A DNA stretch of 49,998 bases. Source: a virus. Its lineage: Duplodnaviria; Caudoviricetes. How positions within the stretch are numbered: the stretch's first letter is position 1; the number at the start of each line of letters is the position of its first letter. Where the stretch lies: positions 1-49,998 of IMG/VR virus record IMGVR_UViG_3300031628_000005, one strand, 5' to 3'. Positions 43,126 to 49,998 of this stretch are shown here, piece after piece. The notes under the pieces are model-generated. The model was not told where the DNA came from and searched no databases. It was given only the letters and a program-made list of their open reading frames with translations. Made by a program: the position numbers and the translations under genes.

Positions 43126-45513
43126 CTACATGAAAGCTTGCATGCCCTCTTCGGGCTGACTTTCAAAGTTTATTGGCAAGCCGTCATTTTTTCTTTGACT
43201 TATTAATTCACTTTGTTGTGATGCTTCCATTTTACTACGAGTATCTTTACGATCTTCAATTGCGCCTTCTTTTTGTTGGACGTTTTGAACATCTAATTGT
43301 TTAAGCTTCATATCGTACTGGAATCTTGTTTGCATTTTTTTTGCTTCTAATTGTGCTGCAATTTCCATTCGTTGAATTTCCATTTGATTTTTGGATTGTT
43401 CGAATTGCACGTTGGCACCCATTATAGCTTCTTGTTTTTGCACTTCTGCCATTGCTGTTTTTTCCGCAGTGGATGCTTGAGATTGTCCTTGAGCTGCAAT
43501 ATTAGCTTGTTGATTAGCTTGATCTTGCTTAGCTTTAGCTTTACGCTTAATTTTAAGCATTTGATTTGCTAGCTTAAGATTTTTAATATTCCTTAAATCA
43601 ATAGCATCTTCAAGATCAATACCTCCTTGCTGTAATGCAACTTGTATGTTATTTTCTAATTGAGCTTGTTCTTCATCGTCTGGTTCTAATTCTAAAAATA
43701 TACCAAAATCATGAAGGTTTAAATTTACTATTTCTTCTAATGTTTTAATATTAAATGTAGATATAGAATTTTGTAATGCGCTTTTTGTTAGAGGGAATTC
43801 TAATGCATCAGCTATTTTAAGAGCAATGTTTTCGGCTAGTTTAAGAGTAATATAAAGACTTGACTGGTTAATATGCCTTGTAGCAACATTGGACGCGTTA
43901 GCGGCCATCTTCTGCAGTCCTACTAATGAGTTCTTATCCATAGCTGTTCCGTCTCTTGCTTCATTAAGACCGGTTACATCACGAATCATTTGTAAGTAAT
44001 ATTGATACGTTTGTATAAGAGCATTAATTTTAGATTGACCACTTGAACTATTAAGTTCTTGAATAGGTACTTTACCTGCATTCATATCTCCATCTTGCGT
44101 AAGCGATCTACCAACTATAGAACCTGTTTGGAAATACATATTTAATGCTTCTGCTGGGTTATAATTAGTTCCATTGCCAAGGTCTACTTCTGCTAAGCCG
44201 TCCATATCTAAGTAAACACCATCTGGCACCATACGAGATAAAACTTGTTGCAGTTTTAAATGAGTTAACTGGATCATATCAGCAAACCCAACACATTTGC
44301 TTACAAGAGACTCAATGCGTCCTTTGTACATTCTAGGCGCGCATAAAGCGTAGTTCATTTCTACTTTAGTTGTATCAGCCGTAGGTCTGGACATGTTTTT
44401 TGCTAACTCCCACTTCACCATTTCATTAGAGCCTAATACTTTAGCTCCTGTATATAATACTTCAATGGATCTTGACACTCTTTCAAAGTTATCATTTTCT
44501 GGCGGATTAAATGAATCAGGCTTTTCTAAAGCTTTTAATAATCCTTGGGGAGTTTCTTTTATTTTAAATACTTGATTATGATATGTTTTATAATCAAAAT
44601 ATAAAACTTGAACTGTATTTTTATCATAATTACCCCAGCCAGTTACATATTGACTATTGCCAGGTAATTTTTGAATTCTTGCTAATTCTTTTTCTGAAAT
44701 ATTTGGAAATTCTTTTTTAAGTTCTGGTATAGTTATAGACTTTACTTCTCCTACGTAATATACATCATCAAAGTTAGGGTCTTCCGTATAAGAATAAATA
44801 ACATAAGCAGGATCAACATATTCAACAGTAATTCCTTCAGCGGTATTAAAGCTAGTTTTCGCTACTGCCATGCCTAGTACTGTTAAGTCCATATTTAATC
44901 TTCTTCTTGTAAGATCAAATTTATTTTGAGCAAGCACAGACGAAATAGCTTCTTCTTCTGCTATTTCTATAGATTGCTTATAACTTAATTGCATATGAAG
45001 CTCTAACTCGTCTTTAGACTCAGGTACTATATCAATATTTGGTGTTTGGTATAAATTAATACCTAGTGTTTGTTGAAGACTATCTAGATATTCTTTAGAT
45101 ATCATATCTTCATAAAGCATAGAAGCATAATCAGTTCTTTTCTTTATAGAAGACGGGTCTTGAGCGTAAGCTTTAATATCGTAAGACTTTCCAGATATAC
45201 CATTTACTACGATGTCTACAAATTTAGATAGAATAGGTACTGGCTTCCAGTCCAAGTTTAAATAAGATAAATCACCGTTTATAGATAGCTCATCTTTGTA
45301 CTTTTGTATTGATTGCTCTCCTCTAGCATATAATCTTAATTGATGGAATTGATTCCAGCTAGTTAAATATCTATTACCATTAGTTCGCCCTTGACCAAAC
45401 CACTCGTATTCAATAGCCTGCCCAACTTGCGTCCCGTATTCCAAACTTGCTTTTTCTGCATCACTTACTACTTGACTAGGAAAAGCGCTATTGGTGTTAG
45501 TATATATACTCAT
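43126..45513 (-). CDS. portal protein
   Basis: 795 aa directly after terL. IRDVTGLNEARDG motif and long Q-rich C-terminal barrel helix (P22/crAss-type). Confidence 0.85.
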   Translation of the reverse strand: MSIYTNTNSAFPSQVVSDAEKASLEYGTQVGQAIEYEWFGQGRTNGNRYLTSWNQFHQLRLYARGEQSIQKYKDELSINGDLSYLNLDWKPVPILSKFVDIVVNGISGKSYDIKAYAQDPSSIKKRTDYASMLYEDMISKEYLDSLQQTLGINLYQTPNIDIVPESKDELELHMQLSYKQSIEIAEEEAISSVLAQNKFDLTRRRLNMDLTVLGMAVAKTSFNTAEGITVEYVDPAYVIYSYTEDPNFDDVYYVGEVKSITIPELKKEFPNISEKELARIQKLPGNSQYVTGWGNYDKNTVQVLYFDYKTYHNQVFKIKETPQGLLKALEKPDSFNPPENDNFERVSRSIEVLYTGAKVLGSNEMVKWELAKNMSRPTADTTKVEMNYALCAPRMYKGRIESLVSKCVGFADMIQLTHLKLQQVLSRMVPDGVYLDMDGLAEVDLGNGTNYNPAEALNMYFQTGSIVGRSLTQDGDMNAGKVPIQELNSSSGQSKINALIQTYQYYLQMIRDVTGLNEARDGTAMDKNSLVGLQKMAANASNVATRHINQSSLYITLKLAENIALKIADALEFPLTKSALQNSISTFNIKTLEEIVNLNLHDFGIFLELEPDDEEQAQLENNIQVALQQGGIDLEDAIDLRNIKNLKLANQMLKIKRKAKAKQDQANQQANIAAQGQSQASTAEKTAMAEVQKQEAIMGANVQFEQSKNQMEIQRMEIAAQLEAKKMQTRFQYDMKLKQLDVQNVQQKEGAIEDRKDTRSKMEASQQSELISQRKNDGLPINFESQPEEGMQAFM

Positions 45514-47727
45514 TTAACTTATTATTTTTGATGTTGAACCTTTATTATCGTATTTTTTAATACCTAAATCCACAGGTTGAATTTCTGTTTTAGGCGGATT
45601 AGGTGCATACCTATGTTTGTTGCAAGCCATTAAAGCTAGCCCCGAACTTATAGATGCATCATGCTTTGTTCTGTTGTTAATATCAAACTTTGCCCAGTCT
45701 TCTAATGTTCTTTGAAAATAAACATCACCATAGCCTGTTTCTTTTAAACCTACAAAATCATTTACATATGTTTCTATAGCCGCAGCATGAGCTTGTTTTA
45801 TATCTTCACTAGAGTTTGGTATTCCTCCAAGTTCTCGTTCTGTTATTGAAAGTTTATTATATTTTTTATCAGGCCTATTAATTGAGTAACCTCTATATCC
45901 TCTACGTTTAAAATGATATAATAATCTTGGTTTATTGTTTTCAGCTAGTATTGGCATTCCGTAAAATACACAAGCCATTAAAACATCTTCAAAAAATATT
46001 TCAGCAGTTTGCGGTCTAGCTATATATTCTAAAAAGAAATGATTAGGAGGCACATCCTCCATGCTAAACTTGGTTAAGCCATGAAGAGATCCATTAGATC
46101 CTCTGCCATCTGTAGTGCCCGATATATCGTATGGATCACAACCAAATGCCCCGCAATGCTCATTACCAGGATGATTAGTGCCATTTTTTATATATCTTTT
46201 ATTTTGTAAATTTGCAGGAGGAACCCAAGTTACTAAAAATCTACCGTCTTTATTTGGCACAAATAGTACTTTAGTATCCTTATGACCATTTTCCCATTGG
46301 AAACTTCCTTGCGTTACATTAACTGAGTTCTTAAGATCTTCATTAAAATCTATTTGCTCGTATATCTTTGTTAAATTAAATAAAGATTGTTTAGATTCGT
46401 CTCTAAATGCATGCTTGGTTGTTCGTGGAAACTGTCTGTAGAATTCATTTAAACTATCTTGATCAGACTTTAAGCCTTCTACTTCATTGTCCCAGTATTC
46501 TATTACGCCTTGTGTTATTTTTGTTCCGTGTGGATCTTCAGCGGGCTTTTTTGGTGTAATGAATACAGGTAGGCCATAAGAATCAATGTATCCTTCGTAA
46601 TTCCATTCCATAGGTATGAACAAAGAATAGAGTCCTGAGCGAGTCTGTCCATTGGCGTTTCTTTTGGTAACATCCGAATTTTCATAAAGCTTTTTGAAAT
46701 TAGCACCACCTTTATCAAGTGAATTTGATGTTGATCCCATCATACACTTTCCAATAACTCTACTACCTAATCTAAGGGTGGTTTTTGTAACCCTCCAGTT
46801 GTTAAGGATGTTGTTGGGCCTTTCCCATTTCCCCGATTCATCATGGACGAGGAGCCTGAGCTTCTCCCCATCGTAGGCATTGTCGCCGGTGTTCTTCCAG
46901 TCGATGGTCGTGTCCAGACCGGTAATTTCTTTTTGGGTTTGATTGGAATCAAGTTTTCTACGGGTAAATTTGGAAGCAGGGACTCTGTAGGCAAGCTCGG
47001 TCTTGGGCCTGTCCATACCGTCCTGGATCGGTTTGAAGAAGAATGGATAGTTAACGGATATTGGTACCACTTTATCTGTGAACATCTTCTTAGCATCGGC
47101 ACCAGATTTGGACAATATGCCGTACCGTGAATCCGTGGATATTGTAGCAAGGTTGACCGATTCAGCTGAGGACATAAATGAAAAGCCTGACCGACGGTTT
47201 TTAAGATAACACATTCCATAAGACCGTGTGTCCGATTTACAAGCTTCCCAGAAAATGTAGAATAATCTATTTGATTCTCTAAAGTCCGGTTGCCCGACGT
47301 CAATTTTACTCCACTGCAGGTACATATAATTAGTGCCAGTAATGTAAGTAGGAACACCTTTGCTAGTGAACCAAAAACCTTCTTCACGCCTTGTAAATTC
47401 TTTGTCAATATAGTCATACCATTTTTCTTTAAAGTCTAACGGGTATTCTTCCCAGTCAAACACAGATTTAATTTTACTTAATTCTTTTGGGTATGGTGTA
47501 TAAGTCCACTTGTCTTTTTCAAATTCAACAATATCTTTTACTTTAGGCAAAGCTATTTTAAGATTTTGTATTTCATAAATCTCGCCTATTTCACCTGTTT
47601 TACTTATAACTATTAAATCATGCTCTTCGTTATAACCATAATCCCATTTTTTATACCTATTCATTCTATTAAGAACCTTAGGTTTTACGTAGTCTTTTAA
47701 GACTTTATATAAAGTTTGCTTATACAT
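45514..47727 (-). CDS. terL: terminase large subunit
   Basis: Walker A LKNRRSGFS, Walker B LLVHDESGK, coupling motif MGSTSN, RNase H-like FGCDPYD, AENN and HDASIS. ATG 47727 preferred. Confidence 0.9.
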   Translation of the reverse strand: MYKQTLYKVLKDYVKPKVLNRMNRYKKWDYGYNEEHDLIVISKTGEIGEIYEIQNLKIALPKVKDIVEFEKDKWTYTPYPKELSKIKSVFDWEEYPLDFKEKWYDYIDKEFTRREEGFWFTSKGVPTYITGTNYMYLQWSKIDVGQPDFRESNRLFYIFWEACKSDTRSYGMCYLKNRRSGFSFMSSAESVNLATISTDSRYGILSKSGADAKKMFTDKVVPISVNYPFFFKPIQDGMDRPKTELAYRVPASKFTRRKLDSNQTQKEITGLDTTIDWKNTGDNAYDGEKLRLLVHDESGKWERPNNILNNWRVTKTTLRLGSRVIGKCMMGSTSNSLDKGGANFKKLYENSDVTKRNANGQTRSGLYSLFIPMEWNYEGYIDSYGLPVFITPKKPAEDPHGTKITQGVIEYWDNEVEGLKSDQDSLNEFYRQFPRTTKHAFRDESKQSLFNLTKIYEQIDFNEDLKNSVNVTQGSFQWENGHKDTKVLFVPNKDGRFLVTWVPPANLQNKRYIKNGTNHPGNEHCGAFGCDPYDISGTTDGRGSNGSLHGLTKFSMEDVPPNHFFLEYIARPQTAEIFFEDVLMACVFYGMPILAENNKPRLLYHFKRRGYRGYSINRPDKKYNKLSITERELGGIPNSSEDIKQAHAAAIETYVNDFVGLKETGYGDVYFQRTLEDWAKFDINNRTKHDASISSGLALMACNKHRYAPNPPKTEIQPVDLGIKKYDNKGSTSKIIS

Positions 47728-48001
47728 TTTTAGATCTTCCTTCTGCAAAACCTTTAAAAGATTTTTCTTCTTTTATTTCTTTAGGCTTTTCATTTAATAA
47801 AGCTTCTTCAGCTTCTAATCTATTTAGTATTTCAAAAGCATCAAATATAGCTAGCTTTTTTGTAGCTGCCGCATTCTTTAATCTATCTGCAGTAATATCA
47901 TCCCCTGAATCAACAATAGCTTCTTTAGCTACTTTGATTAGCTCCTCAACTGCTATTTGCCCAGCTTGGATTATATTCAACTTCGTTTCCTTGGTATTCA
48001 T
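47720..48001 (-). CDS. small helical protein, possible terminase small subunit
   Basis: 93 aa overlapping the terL start. Function inferred from position only. Confidence 0.45.
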   Translation of the reverse strand: MNTKETKLNIIQAGQIAVEELIKVAKEAIVDSGDDITADRLKNAAATKKLAIFDAFEILNRLEAEEALLNEKPKEIKEEKSFKGFAEGRSKNV

Positions 48002-48551
48002 ATTTAATTACAATATCATTAGATTTCATACAATATAAACGCTTGCCATCAATTAAAAATTCCCATTCGCTATTAGGTGTATAACCTACTAAGTCTCCTG
48101 GGTTAATATTAAGTGCTTTTAAAGAGCTGTTACCATATTTTAATATACCAACTAAGCTTTGCTCTTTATCTAGCGTTAAAGACTCATTGTCTTTTATCGG
48201 GGTTATAAAACAGCGATCACCAAATGAATGCCAACCTGTTTTATTTTTATATAAATAAATTTGATCTATGGCGCAAAAATGTAAGCTTTCTTTAAACCAA
48301 GATCTGCTTTTTTTCTTATTGCCTTTCATGTCATAAAACGTTCTAAAAACATTCTGATGAATAACAATTATATCTCCTACATTAATACTTGTATTAAAAG
48401 CTTTTGGTGTTTCTAAAACTTTAGCTAATCTATTTACAAATTTAAAATCTTCTATTTTTGTATTTACAATTAACTCTTTATCCCCAATTTTAATTTTATT
48501 ACTGTATTCATCACCTAGTGGTTCTACAATAAAATCATATATACTTTTCAA
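47946..48551 (-). CDS. GroES-like co-chaperonin (two tandem domains)
   Basis: FIVEP...INVGDIIVI and GDRCFITPI...INPGDLVGY...IDGKRLYCMKSNDIV, two GroES-like units. Confidence 0.7.
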   Translation of the reverse strand: MKSIYDFIVEPLGDEYSNKIKIGDKELIVNTKIEDFKFVNRLAKVLETPKAFNTSINVGDIIVIHQNVFRTFYDMKGNKKKSRSWFKESLHFCAIDQIYLYKNKTGWHSFGDRCFITPIKDNESLTLDKEQSLVGILKYGNSSLKALNINPGDLVGYTPNSEWEFLIDGKRLYCMKSNDIVIKYEYQGNEVEYNPSWANSS

Positions 48552-48775
48552 TACTCCAAATCATATTCAACGGATATTGCCATGTTAGAATTAAATTTCT
48601 TCCATGGCATTACCTCATTGCTTTTTTTAATGTAAATATTATAAGAGCCATCAGATTCGTTTAATAAAATATGCGATATCTCGTGACCACCATAAACTTG
48701 CTGCCCAACTGAGTAATGCATTGCTTCATTTTTATAATCAGAACCTATGCTAATTTTTCTTATATTATTCTGCAT
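48548..48775 (-). CDS. hypothetical protein
   Basis: MQNNIRKISIGSDYKNEAMHYSVGQ...; ATG 48775 overlaps the upstream gene end. Confidence 0.65.
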   Translation of the reverse strand: MQNNIRKISIGSDYKNEAMHYSVGQQVYGGHEISHILLNESDGSYNIYIKKSNEVMPWKKFNSNMAISVEYDLEY

Positions 48776-49028
48776 CTTCTTTTTCGATTTCAGTATAACT
48801 TCCATCTTTAAGATCAATGTTTATCTGACCATATTCGTCTTCAAGTTCTTTTTTAGTAGCTTCAATCTCTTTAGATAACTCTGCTATTTGACCGTGAATA
48901 TTTTGTTTTTGAACATCTAATACTCCTAGTGTTCTTAACCCTTCCGTTAACTTAACTTGTTGATCATTAACAGTTTTTAATTGCTTTTCAGTAATCATTG
49001 CTTTAATTTTGTCTTCTGCTTTTTTCAT
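48765..49028 (-). CDS. coiled-coil hypothetical protein
   Basis: 87 aa, heptad pattern ending LEDEYGQINIDLKDG. Confidence 0.65.
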   Translation of the reverse strand: MKKAEDKIKAMITEKQLKTVNDQQVKLTEGLRTLGVLDVQKQNIHGQIAELSKEIEATKKELEDEYGQINIDLKDGSYTEIEKEDAE

Positions 49029-49047
49029 TTGATTTAATTTAATTGTT

Positions 49048-49071
49048 TATATTAATATAGTTACGTGTTTT
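49048..49071 (-). promoter_or_regulatory. putative late promoter for the packaging operon
   Basis: Minus strand AAAACACGTAACTATATTAATA. Confidence 0.45.
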
Positions 49072-49075
49072 ATTA

Positions 49076-49975
49076 TTATTTTAATGCTACTAAATCTGTT
49101 GCGGCGTCTGCTGCTGGGATTATAACATAACTAACTGCCGCTGGTAATATTGTTCCCACTGGAACTGCTTTAAACCTAACAACATCATTTACTCCTGGCA
49201 GTAAGCTTTCAACAGAGCTAACTGCAAATTTACAATCATCCACGTGACCAGTTTGATTTACTGTTATAATATCTCCTACAGAATAGTTAGATCCTGCATT
49301 TCGTATTTTAGGAAATTTAAATGAAGCAAGTGTTACAGCCCCATTTCTAGCTACGGCTATAGTAAGCTCTGCGCTTGTACCGCCTGTAGAAATAACAGTA
49401 ACTACATCTCCTGCGCTATAGCCTGATCCGCCTCTTGTTATAGTAACATCATCTATAGGTCCTGTTGCACCACCTCCTGTGATTGACTCAATTGTGCCAA
49501 TTAAACCCGTTCCCCCAGCTGGAACTACAGTAGTTGTAAAAGCATTTCCTGCAGTATATCCTGAGCCAGCTTCAGTTACATCAACCCCCGGTAAATCCGC
49601 TATTATATCTACTGTTAAACCTGCAGGCACAGTAGCGGGTGAATTAGGTACGGCAGTTACAACTGTTGTTGCTACGTCATTTTGTGTAAAATATCCCGAT
49701 CCCGCTACAAAATTAGCAGGAGAAGGATTAGCTCCTCTGAATATTGTTTCAAAATTAAAACCAGTTACCGTGTCTTGAGCTCCTGTAACGCCTGCTAGTA
49801 TAACATCTACGTTTCCTTCACCCCCAACGTATAGTTGTGATCCTGTATAATTATTACCTAAGGTTGTTTGATTTTCGAACTCCCAAGCAGATCTTGCATC
49901 TAGAGCGCCGATAGCTACTGGTGTAACCGCTAAAGCTTTGCCGAATGTTCCGGCTGTTATTGAGTATTGTCCCAT
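49076..49975 (-). CDS. virion structural protein with G-S-G-Y beta repeats
   Basis: 299 aa. Repeated AGSGY/GGSGYSAGD/AGSNYSVGD units inserted within an LYVG..GNV.V...F.AVP.GT.LP frame. Confidence 0.65.
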   Translation of the reverse strand: MGQYSITAGTFGKALAVTPVAIGALDARSAWEFENQTTLGNNYTGSQLYVGGEGNVDVILAGVTGAQDTVTGFNFETIFRGANPSPANFVAGSGYFTQNDVATTVVTAVPNSPATVPAGLTVDIIADLPGVDVTEAGSGYTAGNAFTTTVVPAGGTGLIGTIESITGGGATGPIDDVTITRGGSGYSAGDVVTVISTGGTSAELTIAVARNGAVTLASFKFPKIRNAGSNYSVGDIITVNQTGHVDDCKFAVSSVESLLPGVNDVVRFKAVPVGTILPAAVSYVIIPAADAATDLVALK

Positions 49976-49998
49976 TTTTTATTTATTACTTATTGATT

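Noticed and set aside
1-49998. Stop-codon reassignment as in some crAss-like phages
   Set aside because: Standard code gives dense full-length genes, and TAA, TAG and TGA all terminate genes.

Overview
About 50 kb of an AT-rich lytic dsDNA tailed phage. It is most likely a podovirus infecting Bacteroidota (Flavobacteriia-type), inferred from A-rich leaders without Shine-Dalgarno sequences, a Bacteroidota-phage-type SSB, and crAss-like ring/muzzle tail proteins. A non-coding divergence region at about 3800-4250 separates two arms. The + strand arm (4256-19225) carries many tiny early genes behind six copies of a tripartite promoter, three tRNA-type elements, then ligase, sigma factor, ERF/exonuclease/SSB, primase-helicase, ThyA, MazG, resolvase and class Ia RNR, but no DNA polymerase. 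The - strand arm carries terminase, portal, scaffold, capsid, tail ring/muzzle proteins, a 2882-aa injected-type protein and lysis genes (49975 down to 19312). Fibre-like genes at 1-3799 are also on the - strand, consistent with a circularly permuted genome. Two observations stand out. (1) A 78-nt tmRNA reduced to its tRNA-like domain, with no tag reading frame (5936-6013). (2) A sigma70 region-2-like domain embedded in the giant virion protein alongside a zincin HExxH motif and a HAD phosphatase. Together with two distinct promoter classes and a second stand-alone sigma gene, this suggests a two-sigma cascade started by a virion-delivered sigma. All calls are by eye from motifs; no database searches were run.
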